A DNA stretch of 64,000 nt from Novosphingobium sp. (GTDB lineage Bacteria; Pseudomonadota; Alphaproteobacteria; Sphingomonadales; Sphingomonadaceae): positions 5,669 through 69,668 of the forward strand of contig JBIIDJ010000002.1 of the NCBI GenBank assembly GCA_044238415.1, written 5' to 3'. A program made the translations under genes and the position numbers. The notes beneath the pieces were generated by a model, which saw only the letters and a list, made by a program, of their open reading frames with translations, was not told the origin of the DNA and made no database searches. This document shows, one piece after another, positions 20,018 through 29,236 of this stretch. Numbering within the stretch: position 1 is the first letter of the stretch; each line of letters starts with the position of its first letter.

Positions 20018-21223
20018 TCAGAGCCCAACCGCCTTGAGCGCCTGGTCCAGGTCCTCGATCACGTCATCGGCATCCTCGAGCCCGACATTGAGGCGCAGCA
20101 TGCCTTCGGTCACGCCCATCTCTGCGCGCGCTTCGGCGCTGACCGAATAATGCGTGGTCGAGGCGTTGTGACACATCAGCGAACGCGAATCGCCGATGTT
20201 GTTCGAAATATCGATCAGTTGCAGCGCATTGAGCAAGCCGTGGGCCTGGGCCCGGTCCTCTACCTCGAATGAGAAGATCGAACCGCAGGCATCCATCTGC
20301 TTCATGGCCAGCTCGTACTGAGGGTGGCTGGCCAGGCCGGGATGGTTGATCCCCTTCACCCGGCCTTCCAGGAACTGGCCAACCTTGAGCGCATTGGCGC
20401 TTTGCTGGTGAACCCTGAGGTTGAGCGTTTCCAGCCCCTTCAGCACCACCCAGGCGTTGAACGGGGCCAGGTTCGGCCCGGTGTTGCGCTGGAACGGCAG
20501 CAGCACGTTGTTGATGAAATCGGCACTGCCGGAGACCGCACCGGCCAGCACGCGGCCCTGCCCGTCCATCAGCTTGGTCGCTGAATAGGCCACCACATCG
20601 GCGCCCCATTCGATCGGCCGCTGCAACGCGGGCGTGGCAAAGGCGTTGTCGACCACGGTCACGATCCCGCGGCTGCGGGCCAGATCGCAGACGAACTTCA
20701 GGTCGACGATGTCCATGGTCGGGTTGGCTGGGGTTTCGAAGAAGAACACCTTGGTGTTGGGCCGGATCGCGGCTTCCCACTGGGCATTGTCACGCGCATC
20801 GATCGTCGTCGCTTCGATCCCGAAGCGCGGGAACAGCTGATCGACCAGCCAGCGGCACGAGCCGAACGCGGCGCGTCCGGCCACCACATGATCGCCCTGG
20901 CTGAGCTGGCAGAGCAGCGCCGCCGTCATCGCGGCCATGCCCGAGGCCTGGACCCGGCACGCCTCGGCTCCGTCCATCAGCGCGATGCGTTCTTCCAGCA
21001 TGGCGACGGTCGGGTTCTGCAGGCGCGAATAGGTCATTCCCGGATCTTCGCCGCGGAACCGCGCGGCGGCCGTTTCGGCATTGTCGTAGGAAAAGCCCGA
21101 AGTGAGGAACAGCGCCTCGCTGGTCTCACCCTGCTCGCTGCGCCAGGTGCCGCCGCGAATAGCCTGGGTGGCGGGGCGCCATTTGGCGGTGATCGAGCGG
21201 TCTGTTCCGGTAGTGCGCTTCAT
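20018..21223 (-). CDS. metZ: O-succinylhomoserine sulfhydrylase (Cys/Met-metabolism PLP enzyme)
   Basis: TQAIRGG...ALFLTSGFSYDNAETAAARF...YSRLQNPTV, and PLP-lysine context YSATKLMDGQGR. 401 aa. Confidence 0.85.
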   Translation of the reverse strand: MKRTTGTDRSITAKWRPATQAIRGGTWRSEQGETSEALFLTSGFSYDNAETAAARFRGEDPGMTYSRLQNPTVAMLEERIALMDGAEACRVQASGMAAMTAALLCQLSQGDHVVAGRAAFGSCRWLVDQLFPRFGIEATTIDARDNAQWEAAIRPNTKVFFFETPANPTMDIVDLKFVCDLARSRGIVTVVDNAFATPALQRPIEWGADVVAYSATKLMDGQGRVLAGAVSGSADFINNVLLPFQRNTGPNLAPFNAWVVLKGLETLNLRVHQQSANALKVGQFLEGRVKGINHPGLASHPQYELAMKQMDACGSIFSFEVEDRAQAHGLLNALQLIDISNNIGDSRSLMCHNASTTHYSVSAEARAEMGVTEGMLRLNVGLEDADDVIEDLDQALKAVGL

Positions 21224-21301
21224 AGTCTTGCGGCTCTAGGAGCGGCGCGCGGGTGCTGCAAGAGCATTGCCACGCCGGAACCGCCTCAGTATTCCGCGCC
21301 A

Positions 21302-22588
21302 ATGGCCGCCGCCCCCCGCTTCACCGCAGAACAGGATCCGATCGACTGGTGCGGCGCGATCGCCATCCTGTTCCTTGCGCTGCTGTGGTGGCGGCTCGGC
21401 ATCCCCAGCCAGATCTATTTTGACGAGATCCACTACGTCACCGCCGCCCGCCACCAGAATGACGGTGTGCGATTCAATCCAGAGCACCCGATCCTGGGCA
21501 AGACGATCATCGCTGCCGCGATCCGCTGGCTCGGCGATGAGCCGATCAACTGGCGCATTCCCTCGGCCATCGCCGGCGCAATCGGGCTGTTCGCGCTCGG
21601 CCGACTGGTGTGGCTGGTCAGTGGGCGGCGGCTGGCGACGGTTGGCGCCATGCTGCTGGTGGCCACCAACTTCGGCTGGTTCGTGCAGAGCCGGATCGCC
21701 ATGCTCGACATGTTCATGGCCATGTTCGGCATGGTCGCCCTGTGGCTGGCCGCGAGCGCCTTACGGCTGCCTGCGCAAGGCCGTTGGCGGCTTGCCCTGG
21801 CCGGGGTCGCCCTCGGCCTGGCACTGGGTGCCAAGTGGTCGGTCGCGCCGCTGCTGGTCGTGCCGGGGCTGGTCTTCCTGGTCTGGAAGCTGCGCGATTG
21901 CGGCTGGCGCGGCCTGTTCGTGCGTGCCGGCGGCCCGGTGCCGGGGATGAGCCTGATCGAAGCCGGAGTCTGGCTCGGCCTGTTGCCGCTGGCGGTCTAT
22001 TGGCTGACCTTCTGGCCGGCGTTCCACTGGGCCAAGGAACCGGTCAATCCGTGGGATCCAATCGGCTGGCATGGCTACATGCTGCAATTGCAGGACAGCG
22101 TGACCAAGCCGCACCCCTACCGCTCGGTGTGGTACGAATGGATGGTCAACTGGCGGGCGATCTGGTTCCTTTACCAGCCGGTCGACGGGGCGCAGCGCGG
22201 CATCCTGCTGCTGGGCAACCCGTTTTCAATGCTGGCCGGCCTTGCCGCGCTGGCCTGGTGCCTGTGGGCCGGCCTGCGCCGCCGCCGTGCCGATATGCTG
22301 GCCTTTGCCGGGCTTTATGCCACTGCGCTCGGACTATGGATCGTCTCCAGCAAGCCGATCCAGTTCTATTACCACTATCTGCTGCCGGGCACTTTCCTGA
22401 TGGTCTGCCTGGCGCTGGCGCTCGAAGACCTGTGGCACCGCGCCGACCGCTGGCGCTGGCTCGCCCCGGCGGCGATGATCCTCGCCTTTGCGCTGTTCGT
22501 GCATTTCTACCCGATCCTCTCAGCCGGGCCGCTGTGCTGCGGTCGGCCGAGCTTTGAATACTGGATGTGGCTGCGCGGCTGGCGCTGA
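21302..22588 (+). CDS. GT-C fold, PMT-like (GT39-type) polyprenol-phosphate-sugar-dependent glycosyltransferase
   Basis: Inner ATG of track ORF 20888..22588 (MAAAPRFTAEQDPIDW...). It carries the loop-1 acidic motif IYFDEIHYVTAARH, like the PMT DE motif, and about 10 TM segments. The part of the ORF upstream of 21302 overlaps metZ antisense. Confidence 0.7.
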   Translation: MAAAPRFTAEQDPIDWCGAIAILFLALLWWRLGIPSQIYFDEIHYVTAARHQNDGVRFNPEHPILGKTIIAAAIRWLGDEPINWRIPSAIAGAIGLFALGRLVWLVSGRRLATVGAMLLVATNFGWFVQSRIAMLDMFMAMFGMVALWLAASALRLPAQGRWRLALAGVALGLALGAKWSVAPLLVVPGLVFLVWKLRDCGWRGLFVRAGGPVPGMSLIEAGVWLGLLPLAVYWLTFWPAFHWAKEPVNPWDPIGWHGYMLQLQDSVTKPHPYRSVWYEWMVNWRAIWFLYQPVDGAQRGILLLGNPFSMLAGLAALAWCLWAGLRRRRADMLAFAGLYATALGLWIVSSKPIQFYYHYLLPGTFLMVCLALALEDLWHRADRWRWLAPAAMILAFALFVHFYPILSAGPLCCGRPSFEYWMWLRGWR

Positions 22589-22633
22589 AGCACTTGTTCG
22601 GCATATGGCGACCTGAACAGGGAGATTCGCAAA

Positions 22634-23710
22634 ATGACTGACGCTGCCTCGCCGCTTTCCTTCACGCGCGGCCCGGCCATGGCCAACCGCATCATGCTCG
22701 CCCCGCTGACCAACCTGCAGAGCCGGGTCGACGGGGTTCTGTCGGACGACGAGATCAAGTGGCTGACCATGCGCGCACAAGGCGGCATGGGCCTGGTCAT
22801 GACCGCCGCAGCCCATGTTCAACGCCAGGGCCAGGGCTTTCCGGGCCAGCTCGGCATCTGGTCGGATGATCATATTCCGCGGCTGACCGAGCTTGCCAAC
22901 GCGATCAGGGCCAATGGCAGCCTGTCCGCAGTCCAGCTTCACCACGCCGGCATCCGCTCGCCCCGCGACGTAATTGGCGAGGACCCGCAAGGGCCCTTTG
23001 CCGATGCCGAAACCGGCTCGCGCGCGCTCTCCACCGCGGAGGTCGAGCAGCTGCGTGACGATTTCATCGCCGCGGCGGTCCGGGCCGAAAAGGCCGGGTT
23101 CGATGGGGTCGAGATTCACGGTGCGCATGGCTATATCCTTGCCCAGTTCCTCGATGCCGAGAACAACCAGCGCACCGATGGCTATGGTGGCAGCTTCGCG
23201 CACCGCAAGCGCATCATCCTGGAGGTGATCGACGGTATCCGCGCCGCCACCCGCGCCGATTTCCAGCTCGGGCTGCGGCTCTCACCTGAACGCTTTGGCA
23301 TCCGTACGGCTGAAGCGCTGCAACTGGCCGAGGAAGTGATGACCAGCGGCCAGCTCGACTATCTCGATATGTCATTGTGGGATTGCTTCAAGGTGCCGCA
23401 GGAACAGGATTTTGCCGGCCAATCGCTGATCAGCCTGTTTACCGCCCTGCCGCGCGGCACCACCCGTCTGGGCGTGGCTGGCAAGATCATGGATGCGGCC
23501 AAGGTTCAGGCCTGCCTCGATGCCGGGGCAGACTTCGTGCTGGTCGGGCGCGGGGCGATCCTGCACCACGATTTTGCCCAGCGTGTCATCGCCGATCCGG
23601 CTTTTGCAAGCATCGCGACGCCCGTCACCCGCGCGCATCTGCGCACCGAAGGATTGGGGGAGACCTTCGTCGATTACATGGCTTCGTGGAAAGGCTTCGT
23701 TGAGGGCTAG
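22634..23710 (+). CDS. NADH:flavin oxidoreductase, Old Yellow Enzyme family
   Basis: APLTNLQS, HHAGIRS, GFDGVEIHGAHGYILAQFLD, and GRGAILHHDF at the C-terminus. GGGAGA SD. Confidence 0.85.
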   Translation: MTDAASPLSFTRGPAMANRIMLAPLTNLQSRVDGVLSDDEIKWLTMRAQGGMGLVMTAAAHVQRQGQGFPGQLGIWSDDHIPRLTELANAIRANGSLSAVQLHHAGIRSPRDVIGEDPQGPFADAETGSRALSTAEVEQLRDDFIAAAVRAEKAGFDGVEIHGAHGYILAQFLDAENNQRTDGYGGSFAHRKRIILEVIDGIRAATRADFQLGLRLSPERFGIRTAEALQLAEEVMTSGQLDYLDMSLWDCFKVPQEQDFAGQSLISLFTALPRGTTRLGVAGKIMDAAKVQACLDAGADFVLVGRGAILHHDFAQRVIADPAFASIATPVTRAHLRTEGLGETFVDYMASWKGFVEG

Positions 23711-23714
23711 GCCC

Positions 23715-24842
23715 TCAGTACTTGCCCCAGACAAACTTGTTCGACAGCGCGAAATTCCACACCGAGCCGAGCACGATGCCGACCACTACGGCAACTACGT
23801 CATGGAAGCCCATTTCCTTGAGGACCGCCGCCGAGCCGACATTGGTGAGCAGGCCGAGCGAGCAGGTTACGGCAAACTGGGCCCAGCCGCGCAGCAGCGG
23901 GCCGAAGCCGCGCAGCCGCTTGTCAGCATAGGTCAGCTCGTTATTGAGGGCGAAGTTGAAGGTCATGGCGACCAGCGCCGCAACCGAGTTTGCGACATTG
24001 AAGGTCGTGCTTTCGTCCCAGTTGCCGTAGACAAAGCGCTCGCCAAACACGAGGTGGAGCATCACCCATAGCGCGCCCAGTTGCACGAATACACCGAGCG
24101 CGCCGACCGTGCCGAACAGGGCAAAGCGTGTGGGGATGAAGCGGCCAAGCCACTTGTCGTAAAGTCCGATCAGGAATTCGAACACCACGGTACGATCAAG
24201 CTTGCTTTCGCCGTCCGCGCGGGCGGCGAAATTCATCGGCAGTTCCTTGATCCGCAGCGGCTCGTCGACCGTGGCCAGGATGTCGAGCAGGATCTTGAAG
24301 CCCACGCCCGAAAGCTTGTGCGCATCGGCCCGCAGCGTGGCGGACCGCAGCATGAAATAGCCGCTCATCGGATCGGTCAATTCAACGCCGGTCACGGAAT
24401 TGGCGATCCGGTTGGCCAGGTTCGAGGCCTTGACCCGGTCCGGCCGGCCCCATTCCTCGGTGCTGGCCCCCTCGGCAAAGCGGCTGCCATAGGCGAGGTC
24501 GTATTCCGCGCTCTCGATCGCCGCCAGCATCTGCGGCAGCAGCGCCGGGTCGTGCTGGTGATCGGCATCCATCACCGCAACGACTGGCGCGGCCGTGGCG
24601 CACATCCCCTCGATCGCGGCGGAAGACAATCCGCGCCGGCCAATCCGCTGGATCACGCGAATGCGCGAATCATTCTGCGCCAGGTGCCGCGCCTCATCGG
24701 CAGTACCATCGGGACTGTTGTCATCGACGACGATGACTTCCCAGTCGATCCCGGCCAGCGCCGTATCGATGCGTTCGATCATGGAGCGCAGATTCTTGCG
24801 CTCATTGTATGTAGGCAGGACAACGCCGAGCCGCAGGGTCAT
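23715..24842 (-). CDS. GT2 polyprenol-phosphate glycosyltransferase (Dpm1/GtrB/ArnC-like) fused to a C-terminal GtrA-like membrane domain
   Basis: Inner ATG of track ORF 23715..25133. The N-terminal half has LGVVLPTYNERKNL, VIVVDDNSPDGT and VMDADHQHDP. The C-terminal ~130 aa has 4 TM segments with GtrA-like features (FALFGTVGALGVF..., FALNNELTYADK, NFALSNKFVW). Its ATG lies 1 nt after the leuB stop. Confidence 0.8.
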   Translation of the reverse strand: MTLRLGVVLPTYNERKNLRSMIERIDTALAGIDWEVIVVDDNSPDGTADEARHLAQNDSRIRVIQRIGRRGLSSAAIEGMCATAAPVVAVMDADHQHDPALLPQMLAAIESAEYDLAYGSRFAEGASTEEWGRPDRVKASNLANRIANSVTGVELTDPMSGYFMLRSATLRADAHKLSGVGFKILLDILATVDEPLRIKELPMNFAARADGESKLDRTVVFEFLIGLYDKWLGRFIPTRFALFGTVGALGVFVQLGALWVMLHLVFGERFVYGNWDESTTFNVANSVAALVAMTFNFALNNELTYADKRLRGFGPLLRGWAQFAVTCSLGLLTNVGSAAVLKEMGFHDVVAVVVGIVLGSVWNFALSNKFVWGKY

Positions 24843-24843
24843 G

Positions 24844-25887
24844 TCACAGCCGCTCCAGCACGGCATCGCCGATCGCAGCAGTGCCATGGCTGCCGCCCAG
24901 ATCGCCGCCGCGCACACCATCGGCCAGGGCCCTGGCGACGGCTGCCTCGATCCGCGCCGCCTCAGCCTCCAGCCCCAGCGAGTGGCGCAGCAGCATCGCG
25001 GCAGAAAGGATCGTCGCCATCGGATTGGCCAGGCCCTTGCCGGCAATGTCCGGCGCCGAGCCGTGGATCGGCTCGTAGAGGCCAAAGCTGGTCTCGGCGA
25101 GGCTGGCCGAAGCAAGCAGACCAATCGAGCCAACGCACATCGAAGCCTGGTCGGACAGGATATCGCCGAACAGGTTGCCGGTGACTACCACGTCGAATTG
25201 GCCGGGGTTGCGCACCAGCTGCATCGCCGCGTTATCGACGTACATGTGGGTCAGCTCAACCTCGGGATAGTCCCGTGCCACTTCGATCATCACATCGCGC
25301 CAGACCTGCGAGGTTTCCAGCACGTTAGCTTTGTCGACCGAGCAGAGCCGGCGGTGCCGGCCCATCGCGGCCTTGAAGCCGACATGGGCGATACGCCGCA
25401 CCTCGTCCTCGGCATAGGCCATCATGTCCCAGCCCTGGCGGCGGCCGTCGGGCAGGGTGCGGATCCCCTTTTCGCCGAAATAGACGTCACCATTAAGCTC
25501 GCGCACGATCAGCAGGTCGATCTTGCTCGCCACTTCGGGGCGCAAGGCCGAGGCATCTTCCAGCCCCGCGAAAACCTTGGCCGGGCGCAGGTTGGCAAAC
25601 AGGCCCAGTTCCTTACGCAGGCCCAGAATGGCCTGTTCCGGGCGCAGGTGGCGCTCCAGATTGTCGCAATCGGGATCGCCGACGGCACCGAACAGGATCG
25701 CGTCGGCAGCACGGGCCGTGGCCAACGTTTCAGCGGGCAGCGGGTGGCCGTGGCGCTTGTAGGCAACGCCACCGACATCGCCCTCGAACAGCACCAGCCC
25801 CGGCAGGCGCAGGGCTTCGAGCACGCGTACGGCTTCGCGCGTCACTTCCGGTCCGATACCGTCACCGGCAAAAACTGCGATCTTCAT
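24844..25887 (-). CDS. leuB: 3-isopropylmalate dehydrogenase
   Basis: [15 protein letters not shown]..., [43 protein letters not shown]. Confidence 0.95.
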   Translation of the reverse strand: MKIAVFAGDGIGPEVTREAVRVLEALRLPGLVLFEGDVGGVAYKRHGHPLPAETLATARAADAILFGAVGDPDCDNLERHLRPEQAILGLRKELGLFANLRPAKVFAGLEDASALRPEVASKIDLLIVRELNGDVYFGEKGIRTLPDGRRQGWDMMAYAEDEVRRIAHVGFKAAMGRHRRLCSVDKANVLETSQVWRDVMIEVARDYPEVELTHMYVDNAAMQLVRNPGQFDVVVTGNLFGDILSDQASMCVGSIGLLASASLAETSFGLYEPIHGSAPDIAGKGLANPMATILSAAMLLRHSLGLEAEAARIEAAVARALADGVRGGDLGGSHGTAAIGDAVLERL

Positions 25888-25899
25888 GGGGTCCCCAAC

Positions 25900-26499
25900 C
25901 TATTCGATCCGGCCAAGCCGCTCCCGCAGCATGGCGCGGGCCGCCATAACATCGCTGCGCCGCTCGGCAAGCGCATAGCGGGCCACCAGCGGCCCCAGCG
26001 CATCGAAAGCAGCAAGTTGGGCGGTCCAGTCGTCGGTTGCGGGACGCGGCACGTCGCCATAGCCAAGCTCGCGCAGCAGGAGCGCCTCATACGCGATCAG
26101 GCCCGGCAGCCAGCCGCGCGCCGACGGAGCATGGCACACCGCATCAAGCAAGCCGGCCAGGGCCTGATGGATTGCGGGATAGGCTTGTCGTTCGGGCAGA
26201 GCGGTGGCGACCAGGGCAGTCACCCATCCGATCGCGGCGGCCGGCAGCGGCTCTCCCAACCAGGGACCGCGACTGGCGACCAGTTCGACCCGCGCCGATG
26301 GCAGCTGGCTGCCTGGCCTGGCCCGCAGTTCTGCCTCAACCAAGTTGCCCGGCACCAGTACGGGACGCAGCACCCGGCCACGCCCACCCGCGACATAGGC
26401 CGCCACTAGTCCGTGGTCCTCGGTCAGCAGGCGCAGGATGACCCCTGTCTCGCCATGCTGACGGGCGGCGCAGACGATTGCGGGGGTGCGCAGGTGCAT
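25900..26499 (-). CDS. recO: DNA repair protein RecO (short alphaproteobacterial form)
   Basis: MHLRTPAIVCAARQHGETGVILRLLTEDHGLVAAYVAGGRG..., and C-terminal YEALLLRELGYG. Confidence 0.8.
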   Translation of the reverse strand: MHLRTPAIVCAARQHGETGVILRLLTEDHGLVAAYVAGGRGRVLRPVLVPGNLVEAELRARPGSQLPSARVELVASRGPWLGEPLPAAAIGWVTALVATALPERQAYPAIHQALAGLLDAVCHAPSARGWLPGLIAYEALLLRELGYGDVPRPATDDWTAQLAAFDALGPLVARYALAERRSDVMAARAMLRERLGRIE

Positions 26500-26543
26500 G
26501 GGGCGGGTTTAGCGCCCAGTGACGCTCTTGGGGAAGCCCCGCC

Positions 26544-26804
26544 CTACTTCTTCGCAGTGGGCTTCAACCCGGCTTCAAGAGCAGCCAGCCGTTCAGACAA
26601 CTTTTCATTTTCTTCCCTAGCCTTGGAAGCCATTTCTTTAACCGCGTCGAATTCTTCACGACTGACGAAATCGAGCCCGCCCATTGCCTCGCGCAGGCGT
26701 TCACGGGCACCTTCGCGGGCCTCGCGGCCCATTCCGGCCATGGTTCCAGCGGCGCTGCCCAGCAGCTTGGCAAGGTCGGCAAACAGGGGATTTTCGCTTT
26801 GCAT
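26544..26804 (-). CDS. ubiK: UbiK/YqiC (BMFP) family accessory protein
   Basis: 86 aa. NPLFADLAKLLGSAAGT...GLDFVSREEFDAVKEMASKAREENEKL is characteristic. Confidence 0.8.
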   Translation of the reverse strand: MQSENPLFADLAKLLGSAAGTMAGMGREAREGARERLREAMGGLDFVSREEFDAVKEMASKAREENEKLSERLAALEAGLKPTAKK

Positions 26805-26842
26805 CGCGCCTAAATGGTCCTGACAGCCGCGGGCCGCAAGCC

Positions 26843-27397
26843 CTATTCGAAGGTGATGGTGCTAACCGCGCCGGACACTTGGCGGCCATCGGCATCGGGG
26901 TTGGCCTGCAGAAACTGCCAGTTGAGCACGGCGGCGAACAGCACCCAGGCCAGGTAGGGCAACAACAGGCCAGCTGCCAGCGGCCGTACCCGGCGGAACA
27001 GCATGATCGTTACTGCCACGGCGATACAGATCGCAATCAGCAGGATCAGCGCGGCGGTGATCTGGTGAGCACCGAAAAACAGCGGGGTCCAGGCCAAATT
27101 CAGCGCGAACTGGATGGCGAAGGCGATGATCGCGACCCGCCGCCCCGCTGCACCGCGGGCCGTGACGACCAGTGAAAGGGCAAAGCCCATCAGCACATAA
27201 AGGATCGTCCAGACGATCCCGAAGGTCGCCGGCGGCGGATAGAGTGACGGCTTGACCAGCGAGGCAAACCACGGGCTGTTGGCCCCGCCGCCGACTGCAC
27301 CGCCCAATGCGCCCAGCAGGACGATCGCGGGGACCAGGAACAACGACCAGCGGATGAAGCTGGCGCGGAGCTGGGCTGGCGAGGCAAGGGCGGACAT
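26843..27397 (-). CDS. tspO: TspO/MBR tryptophan-rich sensory protein
   Basis: Five TM segments. WFASLVKPSLYPPPATFGIVWTILYVLMG and LNLAWTPLFFG motifs. Confidence 0.9.
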   Translation of the reverse strand: MSALASPAQLRASFIRWSLFLVPAIVLLGALGGAVGGGANSPWFASLVKPSLYPPPATFGIVWTILYVLMGFALSLVVTARGAAGRRVAIIAFAIQFALNLAWTPLFFGAHQITAALILLIAICIAVAVTIMLFRRVRPLAAGLLLPYLAWVLFAAVLNWQFLQANPDADGRQVSGAVSTITFE

Positions 27398-27477
27398 TCA
27401 GGTCTTCTCCGATTCGCTGGGGGCGAAGCCTGGCGGGATATGGCCGGAACCGGGGAGCGAGGCAATCGGCAGCACGT

Positions 27478-28239
27478 TCAGCCCCCTCGCCGCGCCGCGA
27501 TCAGGAATTCGACATTCCCTTCAGGACCGGTGATCGGGCTTTCGACAATGCCCTGCACGTGCCAGCCAGCCCCCTCCAGCCAGGCCCGCACCTCATCGCA
27601 GACGCGGGCATGAAGTGCCGGATCGCGGACCACCCCGCCCTTGCCCACCTCGCCCCGCCCAACCTCGAATTGCGGCTTGATCAGGGCGACCAGCTGGCAT
27701 TCGGGGCTCGCGAGTTTCAGAGGCACTTCCAATACTTTGGAAAGCGAAATGAAACTGGCATCGCAAACCACCCAGCTGCAGTCGCGGTCAATCTCGGCCG
27801 GCGTCAGGATCCGGGCGCTGGTCTGTTCCAGCACGGTGACACGCGGGTCCTGGCGCAGCTTCCAGGCGAGCTGGTTGGTCCCGGAATCGACGGCGAAGAC
27901 ATGGGCGGTGCCATGCTGGAGCAATACGTCGGTAAAGCCACCGGTCGAGCTGCCGATATCCATGGCGGTGACACCGGCCGGGTCGAGCCCGAAGTGCTCG
28001 ATCGCATGGGCCAGCTTGATCCCGCCGCGCGAAACCCATGGATGGTCGCGCCCGCGCACCTCCAGCGGCGCATCGGCCGGAAGCGTGTGACCCGGCTTGG
28101 CCAGCTTGGTTTCGGCCGAGAATACCACGCCTGCGAGCACCAGCGCCTGGGCGCGGGAACGGCTTTCGGCCAGGCCGCGCTCTACCAGCAGCTGATCGAC
28201 GCGCATCTTGGGCGCTTTGGCGGAAGAAGGCTTGGTCAT
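27478..28239 (-). CDS. tlyA: TlyA-family rRNA (cytidine-2'-O)-methyltransferase
   Basis: S4 domain RVDQLLVERGLAESRSRAQALVLAG, FtsJ-like domain DIGSSTGGFTDVLLQHG, and FISL. Confidence 0.9.
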   Translation of the reverse strand: MTKPSSAKAPKMRVDQLLVERGLAESRSRAQALVLAGVVFSAETKLAKPGHTLPADAPLEVRGRDHPWVSRGGIKLAHAIEHFGLDPAGVTAMDIGSSTGGFTDVLLQHGTAHVFAVDSGTNQLAWKLRQDPRVTVLEQTSARILTPAEIDRDCSWVVCDASFISLSKVLEVPLKLASPECQLVALIKPQFEVGRGEVGKGGVVRDPALHARVCDEVRAWLEGAGWHVQGIVESPITGPEGNVEFLIAARRGG

Positions 28240-28287
28240 GGTCGATGCAGGCTTGTCGGCTTGCCTGCCTCATTCCATAGGGAGGCG

Positions 28288-28863
28288 ATGAAGGCAAACG
28301 CTCAGGCTTCCCCGCCAGCTTCCCGGGTTGCGCCACTGCTGGCGGCGGCAGGGCTCATCGCGGCGCTGGGAGCCTGCAGCCAGCGGACCCCACCGCCGGC
28401 CCCGGCTCCTGTTCCGGCCGCTACTCCTACCCCAGCTCTGGCCCCGCTGCCGCCCGCTCCGCGCCCGGCTGCCAACTGGCGCGACGCGCCGATCACGCCC
28501 GGCACCTGGCGCTGGGCCATGACGGCGGGTCGCTCGACCGCCAGCTTCGGCCAGCCCGGCGCAGCCCCCCTGCTGACCCTGGCGTGTGACCGCGCCACCG
28601 CAACGGTTCGCTTGGTCCATGCCGGGTCCATCGGCAGCCAGGTCCCGCTGGGCGTCACCACCACCAGCGGCAGCTTCCCGTTGATGAGCGATGTGCCGGC
28701 TGCCGACACCGGCCAGATCGCAACGACGATTCCCGCGCGCGCCAAGGTGCTGGATGCCATGGCCTTCTCACGTGGCCGCTTTGTGGTGGAAGTGGCGGGC
28801 CTCGCCCCCAGCTATGTGCCCGCCTGGCCCGAAGTTTCCCGCGTGGTCGAGGATTGCCGCTGA
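28288..28863 (+). CDS. Hypothetical lipoprotein
   Basis: Inner ATG of track ORF 27559..28863, preceded by GGGAGG. Lipobox LIAALGAC, a Pro/Ala-rich linker, and a C-terminal Cys. No family recognised. Confidence 0.6.
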   Translation: MKANAQASPPASRVAPLLAAAGLIAALGACSQRTPPPAPAPVPAATPTPALAPLPPAPRPAANWRDAPITPGTWRWAMTAGRSTASFGQPGAAPLLTLACDRATATVRLVHAGSIGSQVPLGVTTTSGSFPLMSDVPAADTGQIATTIPARAKVLDAMAFSRGRFVVEVAGLAPSYVPAWPEVSRVVEDCR

Positions 28864-29055
28864 GCCCTGCAGCGCAAGTAAATCGCCGCTGTGGATAGTG
28901 GGCGAAGACACGGATTCTGACGTCAAAAAAAAGAAACGCAAGTCTTGTTGTAAGGCGCGGAATGATTCACACATTGGGGCAAGGACAGGCGGTTTTCACT
29001 TGTCCCAGCTTCCGCCCGGAAGCGATTGGCTCAACAGCGTGAAAGGAGGTGACCG

Positions 29056-29112
29056 ATGTCTCATGGTTCAGCAGGGAGGTCGGTGATCCGCTTTACGGAG
29101 CATTATCGCTGA
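29056..29112 (+). CDS. Candidate micro-ORF (18 codons) behind a perfect Shine-Dalgarno
   Basis: AAGGAGGTGA at 29043-29052 is a 10-nt complement of the 16S 3' end, with GGAGG 6 nt before ATG 29056. The peptide is MSHGSAGRSVIRFTEHYR. It lies in a low-GC intergenic island and is followed by two hairpins. No homology recognised. Confidence 0.3.
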   Translation: MSHGSAGRSVIRFTEHYR

Positions 29113-29167
29113 GGGTGATGTAGGCGATAGAGGTTTCGTGAGCGGCCTCTCCGGCCGCTGACCATGC

Positions 29168-29210
29168 GAAGGGCTGCAGCGCCGATGCGCTTGCAGCCCT
29201 TCTCATTTCT
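29168..29210 (+). terminator. Intrinsic-terminator-like hairpin (may also serve the convergent minus-strand gene)
   Basis: GAAGGGCTGCA (29168-78) pairs with TGCAGCCCTTC (29192-202), with an inner GCGC/GCGC extension, followed by TCATTTCT on the plus strand. It lies 35 nt beyond the stop of the minus-strand gene at 29237, but there is no U-tract in that orientation. Confidence 0.55.
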
Positions 29211-29236
29211 GCCGCTGTTGTGACGGAGTGCCAGCC

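Noticed and set aside
21224-21301. Possible SAM-II/SAM-V riboswitch in the metZ leader, since these are common upstream of met genes in Alphaproteobacteria.
   Set aside because: The leader is only 78 nt. I could not find the conserved AAAGCU/pseudoknot core or a U-rich tract. A covariance-model scan would be needed to overturn this.
28864-29236. Whether the orphan island is a known structured RNA (tmRNA piece, SRP/4.5S RNA, 6S RNA, or cuckoo/CCUCCUCCC-type sRNA on the minus strand).
   Set aside because: I could not find a tRNA-like acceptor/T-arm, a tag-peptide reading frame ending in Ala-Ala, or the SRP domain IV GGAA/AGCA motif. The minus-strand CCUCC motifs are not in convincing stem-loops, and the T8 run there lacks a preceding hairpin. 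It is kept only as an uncharacterised candidate.
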